Source: Podarcis bocagei
Taxonomy: Eukaryota
Length of the DNA stretch: 64,000 bases
Assembly: GCA_964188305.1 (NCBI GenBank)
Contig: OZ076895.1
Direction: 5' to 3' (one strand)
In this document: in pieces, positions 1 to 12,800 of the stretch
Numbering within the stretch: position 1 is the stretch's first letter
Layout of the letters: every line of letters begins with the position of its first letter
Translations under genes and position numbers: made by a program
The notes under the pieces: generated by a model
Told to the model about the DNA's origin: nothing
Database searches by the model: none
Seen by the model: the letters and a program-made list of their open reading frames with translations, nothing else

Positions 1-1139
1 ATCTATTTCTGCTACCTCCACAGCATGAGCCCCATCCCATTATATTTGATGGAATTACCAGAACAAGGCAGAGTTTCACAATCCAATCAGAGTTAAAGAC
101 AAAATGGAATTATGAAAGATAAGCTACTGTTTAAAACTCTTGCTCATCTTATGCACAGGCTCCAGAAAATATTTTATTACTACACCATTCCAGTAAAGGA
201 CAAATTTGCCACCATACCAGAGATTTTTGATTTTCAGGTCCTGTACCTAGATGCATTGCATGCCAAATTCCTCAAGAAGGCTGCTTGCTTGCCATTCTTG
301 CAATGCTTTGAACCATCAGCCCGCTCAAGGAAACAAAAAGCGAGCACCTTGTTACACTAATGGGCTGCCAGCCACAGAAAAAGATGATGATCGCATCCAC
401 CCCAAGGTTAACAGTTGCTAACATGAGGCAGTGAATATGAGAGTCGGCTACGAGACTACATGATCCACTGTGCATTTATCAAGCCACCTATCGAAGAGTA
501 GCATCAGCTGTCAGGATGTGCAAAAGGGCTGCAGCGCCGGGCGAGAAGCCGCAACAATAGGTGCGCCCATGTCCGCAAATCCGTTTTGCTATCCTCCCCC
601 TAACAAAAGAAAAAAATTATTTCACTGGCTGTTGCCGACGAGCCTGACAGGTGGGGCTCGTCTACCTCCCCGACGCCGCCTCATGCTAACGGGGTGGGGT
701 CGAGGGAGAGGCCACGGTTCTGAGCAAGGCAGGGAGCCTCGGCAGAGCCAGTTTAGGGTGGGGGGCGGGGAAGAGGAGGCATCCTGGATGGAGCACCTTT
801 TCCCGGAACGTGGATGCCCGGCTCGTGTGGAGGGGACGGGCCTCTCCCTCCCGCTTTCGTGGAGCAGCTGATAGGCCCCGGGTCAAGGGGTGCCAACTAT
901 GACCACACGCCCGGCAGAGGCAGGCGGGCAGGCCCCACCCGACCTTCCCCCCTTCCCTCAGCGACACAGACCCTCGTCGAGACCCTCATCTCGACCACCG
1001 TCGGCTTCACCCCACACGCCGCACACAGGCCCAGTTCTCTGACCTGCCTCCGGGTCGGCTGAGAGTCCCTGCCACTGTCTGTCAGCTGCTGTGGCGGCGG
1101 CGGCACCGAGCAGGCTGGTCTTCCTCCGCCCGCTGCTCC

Positions 1140-1530
1140 CCTCACGGCTGGCGCTCCGGCTCCTCCTCACCCGAGCGAGCAGCTCCCCGCCCGCGCCCCC
1201 GGCGCGAGGCGAACACCAAGCCCCGCCTCTCCCCTGGCGCGAGCCCTGCCTCCCCTCGCTCTTCGCCGGCGCGCGCGACACGCTTAAGACCTCTTCTTCC
1301 CTCACACGCCCGCCCCGCCCGCCTCACGCGACCATCGATGGGATCGATCGATTCACTCGTACTACACCCAGCATGCTCCGCTTACAAGCCTTCCCACTCG
1401 CCCCCCTCCCTCCCTCCCTCCCTCCGCCCGCCAACCACCACAAGCTCACCCGCTCACGACCCTCTTCTTGGCCCCTCCGCTCTCCGTAGCGCTTCGTGTC
1501 CCCGCCCACCTTCCCTGCCAGCCTTTCGGA
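1140..1530 (-). other. ERC1: Probable non-coding first exon region of a divergently transcribed gene (ERC1 by amniote WNK1-RAD52-ERC1 synteny)
   Basis: Several minus-strand donor-like sites inside the CpG island (GTGAGC below 1450, GTAAGC below 1386, GTGAGG near 1170). Identity rests on synteny only; no coding sequence is in the window. Confidence 0.35.
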
Positions 1531-1809
1531 AGCCAATCGCGTTAGTCGCGCGGCGGTCCCGCCTCCTGGCCAATAGGCGTTCGCCTGCCGAATATCGTTC
1601 CCGCCTCCCCTCGCCAATCCACGCCGCCTCTTCCCAGACACGTCCCAGATTCCTGGTCTGCCCCCCTGTCCCCCCTCCTCGCTGCCGCCACACACCACTG
1701 GCGGGGCCGCTCCAATTCTGACTCGCGCGGGCGCGCTACGTAGAGGCTCCTCCCACGGGCTTAGGGCGAGATATTGCGCAAGCGCGCCCGCCGCGGGCGG
1801 GAATTTTGC

Positions 1810-1903
1810 CTTCGTTCGCTTGCCGTAGCGGTGCCCCTGACTGAAGATTTGGTGCTGGGAGGAGGTTCTGCGGTGGCTGCCGTTGCCCGCCGTTTACGTG
1901 CAG
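1810..1903 (+). other. RAD52: Probable non-coding exon 1 of RAD52 (5' end approximate)
   Basis: Lies just downstream of the CCAAT/E2F cluster and ends at a good donor CAG|GTAACT (1903/1904). The first coding exon has an acceptor 2 nt before the ATG, so an upstream exon is required. Confidence 0.55.
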
Positions 1904-2759
1904 GTAACTGGAGAGCGGAAGTCACCAAGTTGACACAAAAGAGTCGATCTCCCCGACTCCTTCAATGCGCACCTTTGCCCTTCCCTGCCCCCCGTAAGAG
2001 GCTCTCTCTCGTGCCTTCTTTCTGTCATAGACGCCCGAAATGGTAAAGCCGCGTTGATCAGGGCGAACCTTCGTTGGTGTTTCCGAGAGGAAAATCGTCT
2101 CACGGGGCCCCGGGAAATGTGGCCTCTTTGAGGGTGGGGTCGATTAATATTCGGCTCCACCGCGAGTTTGTGGGGTAGGGGGCTTAAGAGGTAACCCTGC
2201 TCTGCAAGTCAGTGCAAATACGTTTTTTTAAAAAAAATATTTATTTGTTTACAACCCGCCTTTTCTCCCCTGACAAGGACTCAAAGCGGCTTGCAGATAA
2301 AATAGGAACAGTTAAAAACATTGGGGGAGGGAAATCATTTAAAAAACAATTAAGCATAATTATAATTAAAGTTCCTCCCCTCTAGCGAAGTTTGCAACAA
2401 TGATTAACAAATATATGCAACTCAACCAAATAAATCAATGTTAAAAACCCAGATCTATAAGGAATATAACTCTCTAATTTAAAAGTAGGTTTGTGGTAGG
2501 GATAATGTCCAGAGTTATATATGGTTGCAACCATTATGAAATTATCTCAGCTATGTATTCATGCATAATGCAGTGGTTTGACTTCACCCCTGGAGGCACA
2601 CTCCATTGTCTCTCCAGACAGACAGATGCCAACAACTATGCATTTAGCTGAAGCCTCCCAAGAGGGAATTATGTAATCTTAATTATTCTCATAGCTAGTC
2701 TGTAGTATTCCTACTACTTAAGTTTATGGTAGTATATTATTACTTGGTTTGTTTAACTC

Positions 2760-2919
2760 CGGCGTTTCCGTGCGCTGCTCTGGTTCACCAGAAGTGGCAT
2801 AGTCATGCTGGCCACGACCCGGAAGCTGTACGCCGGCTCCCTCGGCCAATAAAGCGAGATGAGCGCTGCAACCCCAGAGTCGGCCACTACTGGACCTAAT
2901 GGTCAGGGGTCCCTTTACC
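2760..2919 (+). mobile_element. 5'-truncated Sauria SINE
   Basis: Nearly identical to the 3' half of the copy at 54447; ACCTTT-type tail; 11-bp TSD TTGTTTAACTC at 2749-2759 and 2920-2930. Confidence 0.9.
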
Positions 2920-3119
2920 TTGTTTAACTCTATTTAGCAGTGGTTAGACAGAATACCGGATATGTTATCTGAGCATTCTTGGCAATGAGTCTGAGATGAG
3001 TTGATGTATGAGTGGTTTTTGTCACTCCCAGACTGATGCAGCGAAGAGGTCTGCATCTGGCCCATTGCCCTCACATTTCATGGTTTTCTGCTGGCTACCT
3101 CTGCTGGAGATGTCATGGG

Positions 3120-3307
3120 CATAGGAGCCAACTCCTAGGGGCTGAGGTCCCTTTGACACTTCCCCCAACAAAATATTGTGAGGGGGCTAGCCCCCCAAGT
3201 TGATAGCCATTGCCATTCAAATGGTGTGTGTTTGCAATGTCTTGTGATCAGTTATGTGGGGTGCGGCTTACCTGCCCCCCCATATTTTATTCAAGTTGGC
3301 ACCTTTG
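3120..3307. mobile_element. Degenerate MITE-like element
   Basis: Imperfect TIRs CATAGGAGCCAACT / AGTTGGCACCTTTG. Confidence 0.45.
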
Positions 3308-4759
3308 GTTGTGGGTGATAGCTTATGCATATTGTTTTTTGGGGGGCAGGGACATTGGAACACTTCTCAACAGGGTGACTTCTCTGCCAGCAGTGGGGTG
3401 GAGGTGGAAGATGGTGAACCACAGAGTTTCAATTGTTCTGTTAGTCTCATACCTTATCATACAAAAGATTCACCCGCATTAGCCAAACCTACAGCCAAAG
3501 ATTAGAAAAGCACTGCAAGTGGCAGAAGTGAACCAAGTCATGAGCTATGGGGAAAAGAGAACACAGCTTTTCAGTTAATGGCTTCAACACTGCCTTTGTT
3601 TAAAATAATGCTATGGTTATCCCATAAGTAATATAACTGATGGCTTCTGCCTTAAAGAGTACCATGTTTCCCGTTAGACTGGTGACTTCTGAAATAATGA
3701 CTACAGGAAATGCGAGTGTAAAGATACTGCGCTCCATCATAAATTTTCAGCCAACAGCTTTTATTAGTCAGTTCTGGGAAATGACCCAAGTGATTATTCA
3801 AGGAGCTTTTAAATTCCCATCAATAGGAAATCCTCAGCTAAAATTTTCTTATTGCAGAATATATTTATTTAACACAATTGTATACCTATTTTTCTTATAT
3901 GAAAGCATTTTGCATAAGAATAAAAACATCTAAAGCAACATAATATAGAAGCATAACAACAATTCAGATTTGGTAGGCTTCATGGAAAATTTTCACAGCC
4001 TACCAATAAAATCTTAAACCCCCAGGTCATCATATTAATCTTAGCTGCCAACCCATAGATAAGCATTGTGTTTGATTTTACTTTGATTGCAAGGCACCTT
4101 GGGAAAAGGTGCACTACATATTTTAAATAAAATAATAAAACATGTTCAGTATGCCAGCACATAGTTTTGATCTATCTTTGGGATTTCTTCCAATCTTGTG
4201 GGTGGTTGCAGAGAAACTCCTCCTTGTTGCAGTTTGTTTCACTTGCTGTAGTGGGAATATGAGTAAGGCTTGATCTAATGATTACAGCCAACATAGGGAT
4301 TCATGGGGATGGTTACTCCACAAAGCAAGCTGTGATTGTGTCAGCATATTGAATTGAAGCTGGAAGCTCACTGGTTACCTCTGCAGTTTGTTTAATATTT
4401 TGTAACCCATAGGTCCTCATCAGCAGTTTTCCCATAGGGCTGCTTTGAGATGGAAGTGAAGCATGACAGGCCAGGATCTCAGCCATTTACAATTTAAAGT
4501 GGTGTGTCATCAACCTCTTTTGCCACTAATTGAATGAATGGGCCAAATTACAGGTGACTGTTGATTTACACGGGGGTTACATTCCAAGCCAAATTGCATA
4601 TACTCAAAACATTTTGGGTTCAGTTGTGGATGGGATTGCCAAAGCTTTTTTTCCTGAATGGCTGCCCCTTTTTAATTAAAAAAAAAATCTTTTTACCAAG
4701 CATGGAAAGCTGAATGCACACAAGTTAAATGCACACAAGTTACAAGTTACTTATAATGA

Positions 4760-4975
4760 TAATTCTGAATGGGAAAATTTGTAGTAAAATTAACATCTTA
4801 CCTGTATTTCTGTCATTTAATATGGTAAAAAGTTTTGACAAAAAGCCAAGGTGGTCTGTGAAAAGTTGTTGCATTTGGAATAATAAAGCTTGCAGAATGC
4901 TAAAAAAGCACATTTCGTAGTAAAAACAAAAAACTAAGGAAGCGGGGTTGACATTTCCAAAATTAAAAATGCTAG
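4760..4975 (+). mobile_element. Degenerate L1 ORF2 fragment
   Basis: Translates to GKICSKINILPVFLSFNM...CIWNNKACRMLKK...EAGLTFPKLK, resembling the L1 post-RT motifs GRI..KM.ILP, FIWN.K..RI.K and GGL..P.LK. Confidence 0.6.
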
Positions 4976-5059
4976 CACATTCTAATGATAGCTGTGATGT
5001 GTCACTGATGAGAGGAAAATGCTGGTGTTTAAGAGAATAGCAGTTGGCAGAAAAAGGAG

Positions 5060-5385
5060 AACACAAGAAGAGCATGCTGGATCAAGCCTGTCACCCATAT
5101 GGTCCAAGCATTCTGTACTCAAAGTGGCCAACCAGATGTCTATGGGAAGCCCACAAGCACAGCAGCAGTCCCGTCCTGCATTTTCCAGCAGTACTGCCTC
5201 CAACTGCAGGTAGCATACATACATTAATTAGGGTTAGTGGTCACAGATAGCCTTATCCATTAACATTTTTTATCCGCTTTTAAAACCACCCAGGTTGGTG
5301 GCCATCAATGGCTTTTGGGCGCTGTGAAATACTTCCTTTTGTCTGTTCTGAATCTTCCAACTCAGTTTCATTGATGAGCTACAAG
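5060..5385 (-). mobile_element. CR1-type LINE 3' fragment
   Basis: Recognisable squamate CR1 3' sequence (AAGAGC..GCTGGATCA..GTGGCCAACCAGATG; TACTTCCTTTTGTCTGTTCTGAATC). Confidence 0.6.
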
Positions 5386-5749
5386 AAAATCACTAGGTTT
5401 TGTGTGATAATGTTCTAAAAATACGTTAATTACTTCAATATATGGGCTTTTCTTTACATTCTCACTTCCACGAATGGTATCTGTTTTAATACCTGTACAA
5501 TTGGGTTACTTCAGGCAATTTTAAAAACTAGTAGTTAGGCATTACTAAATGGCACAGAAAGTGCATTTTCTAAGTGGTGCAAAAAATGGTGTTTCCCCAT
5601 TTCTTCAGTATCGATAACTAAACCAATTCCTTTATCTATACAAAGCAGACAGTCTTCTTACTTATAGTCTTGTACCTTGAGTCTTTTCATGTTTAAAGCA
5701 GGTAACCTTTGCTGATTCTTGGAAACTTGAGCATATATGCCTGTTACAG

Positions 5750-5762
5750 ACACACACACACG

Positions 5763-5799
<37 letters not shown>
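5750..5799. repeat. Interrupted (CA)n microsatellite
   Basis: About 50 bp of alternating purine-pyrimidine, including CGTGCGCG. Confidence 0.95.
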
Positions 5800-5802
<3 letters not shown>

Positions 5803-6456
5803 CCCAGAGGTTTTGACTGTTTTCCATCAAAAGACTGCATTCCTTCATGGATAACCTTCCATTGGAGTGCAGAGCCAAAGCCACACAGATCCACACTCAT
5901 ACATCCACAGAAATCAACACATTTACACACGTTTTACCTCCAGTTCACACAAATTCAGGATAATTCTGCCTTGATAGCCACTGAAAGGGAGTTCTCTCTG
6001 TGCTCAGTGTGAAAACACAGCAAGCTGCTGATGGAGGAAGAGAGTTTTCTAACTGTCGTGAGCTGAACTCTAACCATGCTACTCTTCCCTCACTGCACAA
6101 TTATTTCCTGCTGAGCAGTGCAGGCATATGAGGTTACAGACTTTCCAAGATCCCCCACAGTTAAACATCAGAAATTGCTGAGCAGCAGAGGATGCAGAGC
6201 TGCATAGGGGTTGGAGCTGAGAAGAGGGACAGGATCTAAGATGGGATGGCAACAAGACAGAAAGACAGGTTTCAAGGGTATCCCGGAGTGTATTTATCCC
6301 TTTATATATGCTCTTATATATCCATTCTTGTATTCACATCTCATGTAGAAGTGAATAGCTGTCATTTACTCCTTACTCCTATTTAGACACATAAAGAACA
6401 TTTGGGGGGTGTAAGAGCAAAACCTGTTTGATACTCCTGCTACTGAGAGCCAGTGT

Positions 6457-6685
6457 GGTGGCCAAAGTATTGAAGCCTCAGCTTCAGGATCTGTCCTTCC
6501 AGTGAGCACTCAGGGCTGATTTCCTTAAGAATGGATTGGTTTGATCTTCTTGCAGTCCATGGGACTCTCAAGAGTCTCCTCCAGCACCATAATTCAAAAG
6601 CATCAATTCTTCGGCGATCAGCCTTCTTTATGGTCCAGCTCTCACTTCCGTACATCACTACTGGAAAAAACCATAACTTTAACGT
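6457..6685 (-). mobile_element. BovB/RTE LINE ORF fragment
   Basis: ORF MYGSESWTIKKADRRRIDAFELWCWRRLLRVPWTARRSNQSILKEISPECSLEGQILKLRLQYFGH is the characteristic BovB C-terminal region. Confidence 0.93.
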
Positions 6686-6791
6686 AATATGATTATTTCG
6701 AACTATATGGTCTTGATTATTAAAAAAATTGGTAAATAACTGTTTCTATTTTGATCATATATATTGACGTTCGTATTACTTACTTTTAGGA

Positions 6792-6863
6792 ATGTCTGGA
6801 ACAGAACTGACAAGAAATGGAATCAGCAGCAGCAATGCTAACTCCAGTATGTGGTTTGGACAG
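6792..6863 (+). CDS. RAD52: RAD52 coding exon 1 ([24 protein letters not shown])
   Basis: Acceptor TTTTAG|GA then ATG; donor CAG|GTCAGT; MSGTE and FGQ match vertebrate RAD52. Confidence 0.9.
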
Positions 6864-9800
6864 GTCAGTTTACCATCACCTTCAGATTTGTGTGAGATTT
6901 TCTGGTGGGGCTTCAATGCAAAATCTACTATGGATAACGGCCCAGTTGAGACATAATGGGAAACCATGGCTTCAAAGTATGTGAGTGAATCTGCACAAAC
7001 CTTGGTTTATTATGCTTCCTACCCTGGGCATAGAGAAGGGGTTAGATGCTTCTTTTAAATAAACCACAGTTCCCTGTTACGTCCAAACTTGGGGAACTGT
7101 AGTTGATTTAAGCTCTACATAGACAGAAGAAACATGGATCAAATCCAAAATATGGTACAAAGCCATCTTTATGAAAAGATCCCAATGTGTTTTGAATGTA
7201 AAAAGTACTCCTTTTTAGAGCAGAAAGCAGATTTGTTTTTGTATAAAAACCATTTCCCTAGAGAGTAGCTGAAAATCTGTTGCGATACTCTTAATATTTC
7301 TTTGCACTCTTTTTGCTATTGTTTAGCTCACACTACAACGCAAGAGTTATTATTTACTATTTAATTCAGTTGGTGTTTGGTGACAAGTGTTGGGAAAATA
7401 TATACCAGCTGAGATTTCTTTCTGATTTGGCTGAATTATACTTAAGAGCGCTCAGAGGAGAACTGGGGGGAACTCATGCAACAGAGTAGTTACCATTTTA
7501 AGCAATTCATGGTATTATCATAATGAAGGAGCTACCCTGTGAGGTACAATGTTTCCTTTTGGATATAGCTTTCAGAGTATAACTAGATTAAGAGTTCTTA
7601 TGGAGGATGGGACTGATTGAACTAAATCAGTTGCAAGAAAGGGGGAGAAATTAGTTACGAATATGCTAGATCTTTTCATGATTGTGTGTGTGGTTTGCTT
7701 AAGTGTCAGTATACAGCAGATGAGTACCAGGCCGTCCAGGCTGCCCTGCGACAGAGATTGGGCCCAGAATACATCAGTAGCCGGCAAGCTGGAGGAGGAC
7801 AGAAGGTACAAAAGTGTGTACACAGTTTTTATTTACTTGATATTGAAAATTACCCATTGCCTGTTGGTAGTGCATATTTCCCTGAATCCTTTTGGGCAGC
7901 AGTTTCCTATGCCCTTGCTTTCTCAGGAGGAGCACCATAGTGTAGGGCAGGGGTGGCCAACTCCCAAGAGACTGCGATCTACTCACAGAATTAAAAACTG
8001 GCAATGATCTACCCCCATTCAGGTCAAAGTTGTTGAGCTTTTTAGGGAGGAGGAAAGCCACGGTTTTTGAGAATTCAAGCCTAAGCTCAAAGGGAGGGGG
8101 TGGGGCCGGATTCTATTTTACCAACACTAAGGAAAGGGACCCAGTGTTCAACCACAATCTACCAGAACCTCTCGGGGATCTACCAGTGAATCGCGATCAA
8201 CCTGTTGGACATACCTGGTGTAGGGTTATCTGCAACTGGTGCTTGCTGAATGCTGCAATCTTCCAAGTCAGAGGCCACAGAGGTGTCAGCATTTGTTAAT
8301 GATAGTACTTTCTGGCTCTCCAGTTTGGGAAGGTGGACAGCGCTGGCCCACTACCTTTCCTCAAAGTGGCTCTCCCATTGCTGGCTAGGGATTTAAAGAA
8401 ATAAGTGCAGTACAGGACAGACCTGGGGTATAGAATTCTTTTCACATGTAATTTAATAAATTCTTATCAATTTAATATCTCAAACTCAGAACAATTATTT
8501 TTAATTTTGGTTAGCTGTTTGGTACTGTAATGTGGAACACTCTTGCAAGTAGATGTAGCTTCTGCAATAATTTAATGAGATTAAGACTGACTAAGAAGGA
8601 TTTTTGACACTTTTGTCCTTTCTTTCTACTTTCAGGTTTGCTACATTGAAGGGCACAGAGTCATCAGTCTGGCCAATGAGATGTTTGGCTACAATGGCTG
8701 GGCTCATTCTGTCACTCAGCAGAATGTCGGTGAGAACCAATTTTAAGCTTCTTCCAGCTGCTTCATGCTGCAGGTTCTATAAGTTATCAAAAGTTTAGTC
8801 GTGTCCAACTCTTCGTGACCCCATGGACCAGAGCACGCCAGGCACTTCTGTCTTCCACTGTCCACACTGAACCTACAAATGTTTAATTATCGATTCTCAG
8901 CACATATTCAGTTCGTCAAGAGGATAGAGTCATAGAGATTTACAAAATAAAGACCAGTTCCTAGGGAAGCTGATTCTGTCATCTTGAATGTGATTCAGAT
9001 TATCAGAAGCTGAAATTCCTCATAGAATATTACTACTAATGAAATTGTTTGATTTAAAAATATTTTTAAAAGCTGATGGGAAACGTTATGACTTGATTAA
9101 GGCAGCCTAAAACTGCATTACTATTTTCTGCAGCTGCGTCACACTGCTGACTCAATGTGACTCTCTGTCCATTTGGGTTTTTTTGTTTCCCCCACCTCCC
9201 CCAAGTGCAGGATTTAGCATTTGCCTCTGTTGAATTTCATATTGTAAGAATGGGGAGCTAGGCCAAAGCTACCAAGTTCATTCTGAATTTTACTCGTGTT
9301 TGCTAAGGCATTAGTGATCTATCTCAGCTTTGTGTCTTCTGCAAATAGGTTAGCATTCCCTCCACACCTTCATTTAAATCACTGATCAAATGTTGAAGAG
9401 TCCCAGAGCCTTACATCACCTCACTAAATTCATTCATCCAGTTTAATGAGAACCCATTGATGAACACCCTTCTGAGTATGGCTTCCAACCAGCTCTGAAT
9501 CCAGCATTATTTATCAGTACACATTCAACAAGTCTGCTAATAAAACATCATGATCTTTGTCAAATGCTTTGCTGAAATAAAAATAAATGGGGTCCACAGC
9601 ATTCCCACAGTTCACTAAGGTCAATAATGCAGTAATGTCTTAAGGGTAATTTTCAGGTCTATATACTCTTTTATCTGAACATTATCCTCAGAAGCCTCTA
9701 GTTCAGAAACCAACATTCTGCTTGGGAAATATCTCTGTATTCTTTCTAGTTAATTTCTTTGACAAACATTTGCATCCATGCCAATAGTGTTGTGACCATA

Positions 9801-12800
9801 TTCTAAATTCCCTATATTTTCTCCTACATCTTTTTACGACTGCCTAGCTACCAGTGCACAGTAATGATAGGCAGACCAATCATCTGGCTCCCTATGTTAG
9901 ACTAAATGTTTTTGTTTTTTGTTTCTGCACTTCACAGATTTTGTGGATCTCAATAATGGCAAATTCTATGTGGGGGTCTGTGCCTTTGTGAAAGTCCAAC
10001 TTAAGGTAAATGGGATCGGGAGATACAGTGGTGCCTCGCAAGACGAAAAGAATCAGTTCTGTGATTCTCTTCGTCTAGCGGTTTTTTTCATCTTGCGAAG
10101 CAAGCCCATTGAAGGATTAGCGGATTAGCGCTATTAGAGGCTTTTAGAGGCTTCTAGCGGCTTATCTGCTGATCGGATCAGCTGATAAGCGGCTTAGTGC
10201 TATTAGCGGCTTTTAGCTGCTTTTAGCGGCTTATCTGCTGATCGGATCAGCTGATAAGCGGCTTAGCGGCTTAGAAAAGGGGGGAGGGGGAAAAAAACAG
10301 CAGGAACTCGCAAGACATTGTCGTCTTGCGAACCAAGCCCATAGGAGATTCGTTTTGCGAAGCACCTCCAAAACGGAAAACTCTTTCGTCTAGCGAGTTT
10401 TCCGTCTTGCGAGGCATTCGTCTTGCGGGGCACCACTGTATGTTGGTGGTGCTGGTTCTTCAGAGCCATGAAAGTAAAGTGAACAGTATGCAAAAGGTAC
10501 ATAATAATATGGCTGTTGGTGTTACTTCCTGTCGATCAAAAATGCTTATTTATTAGACCCGTTACTGGTCAAAACACACACCTGTTTTTTTAAGATGAAA
10601 TAAAATACTGTAGGAAAAAATCCTGACTTACGCATTTGCTTTTAAACAGTGACAAGTCTTAAACTGCAATGCATGTATCCAAATGCTGTTGGTTTCCATT
10701 TTTTAGGATGTATTTGGCAGAAGATTGGAATACTTTGAACTAGCATAATATTTCAGGCTTGATTGACACGTGAGTCCCCTGTAGACTCCAGAAAAACTGA
10801 ATGTACTGCAGTGCCTGCTTAAGCTGCTTTTGCCACAAAGCAAGGTTCATTAGGATGATTATAGTCAAACCCAAATGGCCATTTTGTTTTTCTTGCGTAT
10901 TCTTAAATTGCAGGACGGCTCATACCATGAAGATGTTGGCTATGGAGTAAGTGAAGGCTTGAAGTCCAAGGCCTTGTCCCTAGAAAAAGCAAGGAAGGAA
11001 GCTGTTACAGATGGACTGAAGAGGGCACTGAAGTAAGTGGCAATCAACAGAAGACATTTTGCTAGCTCGAAAGCAATGAAAAGGGGGAACTGTGTTCTAA
11101 AAGACGACTAACTCTCGTCCTTTCTCAGGTGCTTTGGTAATGCTCTTGGGAACTGCATCCTGGACAAAGACTACTTGCGATCAGTGAATAAGCTTCCTCG
11201 CCAGGTGTGTTACTTGGGACTTCCAAAAACTAGAATTCTGCAGTAAACATGCCAAATTCTGCTTTGAGTATAGATAATACAGACAAGAAAGGCTCCATTC
11301 TTTATTCTGCCATGCAACAGTACATTCTTCTTGAATAGGTAATTTCATTGCCTGGATATTCCAGTTGAAAATTCTTATGGTTATTTTCTGATGCACCATA
11401 TCTCTACAGTGTGTTGCTTTGCTGACACTTTTTCTGCTTCAAAACACTCAATAATTTTTCATGTGTGTGTGTTTTCACTTTCCAGTCAGAGCTGTTCAGG
11501 AGCAAGCAGAAAATTATAGTACCTTCCAATGAACACTGAAAATCAGAGCTTACTATGTTGTTCTTTTTTATATGGGACAGTCCAGCTCCCATCTTCTTGT
11601 AATTCTTATTGCACCATTTCTCCCCTCACAGTGATCTCTTTCTAAAGTAGCTAGCTTGTCTTGCAGCATTGTTACATTATTTTCTGAGCAGATTCCCAGG
11701 GATTCGTTATTTTTAATAGCGAAATGCCAAAATGCATTTTTCTTAGGATAGATGCCCTTAAGCCTGTTTTCACAAGGACGAATGGCCAACGAATGAATCC
11801 GAGCCCCATTTGGGCTGGGCATAGAGGGGGCCTGGATCAGTTGCATGTGCCCAAGATGTTTGCTGATGCAGTAGTAGCCCTACCAGTCTATAAAGCCTTA
11901 CTGGTTTGGATTGCTCTCTAAACCATTCAATTAAGTATATCTTAGATGTTATATCCTTTTTTCAGAAAAGGGTCCTTATCTTCTCTTGCCTCAAAACAGC
12001 TTCATCTCCAGTCATCATTACTAACTGGGCTCTTCTACAACCACCCCACCCCAGTGAATCATCATTTAAGATGCTGCATTCTGGTCGACCCATCCTTCAC
12101 ACATCTACAGTATTCCTTGCTGACTGCAGCCCATAGTGTGTGTCACCTAAATTGGCATTCCATCAAAGAAGGCAGAGTATGCCCTTGGCTGTGATGGATT
12201 GAAAGCTGCAGATAGGCTGAAATTGTCGTGTTTACTGATTTCTACAGCATTCCCAGGCTGTTAATCTGCAGTTTTCTTCATTTGTTCTTTCTACATCTGT
12301 TTTAAAATAACTCCTAGGTTGCTTTAAGAGGGGGGGGAATCAACATCACAGAGAGTTGCAAGGAAACAAAGCTGATCCACAAAGTACATGTTGACAGAGT
12401 TGGTGTTGATTACTAAACATGACAAATCTCCACTAAGTTAGAGAAATAACCACATTGGTTGAGTTCATAGCACCAGGCCGAAACTTGGTTGTGAACAGGC
12501 AAAGCATTCCAGGAAAGCAATTTGTCTCCTGGGCAACATGACAGATGAGTCTGTGAAATGTTTCCATTACATTCTGAAGTTTTGTAGCTACTGAAAGGCT
12601 GTTTGTTTTATTCCTGTTCCTAGATGCCTCCAGATTTTGATTTGAGCAATGCTAAAAGACAGGATTTTGAGCCTGCTATAGAAAAGGCAAGATACAATAG
12701 CTGCTTGAAGAAGACAAGCAAAGACCACCAGCAGTTTTCTATAGCGACTCCTGTCAAAACTGAGCAGTTAGAATCTTCTTTGAGTACTTCTGAACAAGAT

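Larger units (their letters stand above)
500..2170. promoter_or_regulatory. CpG island / probable bidirectional promoter (RAD52 on +, divergent gene on -)
   Basis: Very GC- and CpG-rich. CCAAT boxes at 1533, 1570, 1614 and 1712; GC boxes; NRF1-like TGCGCAAGCGCG at ~1775-1786; E2F-like TTCCCGCC at 1598-1605 and GGCGGGAA at 1796-1803. Confidence 0.85.

Noticed and set aside
470-2160. Many Arg/Gly/Pro-rich ORFs in the first 2 kb
   Set aside because: Expected in a CpG island depleted of stop codons; no recognisable protein.
4714-4748. Short tandem duplication AATGCACACAAGTTA x2
   Set aside because: Ordinary slippage duplication in an intron; no evidence of function.
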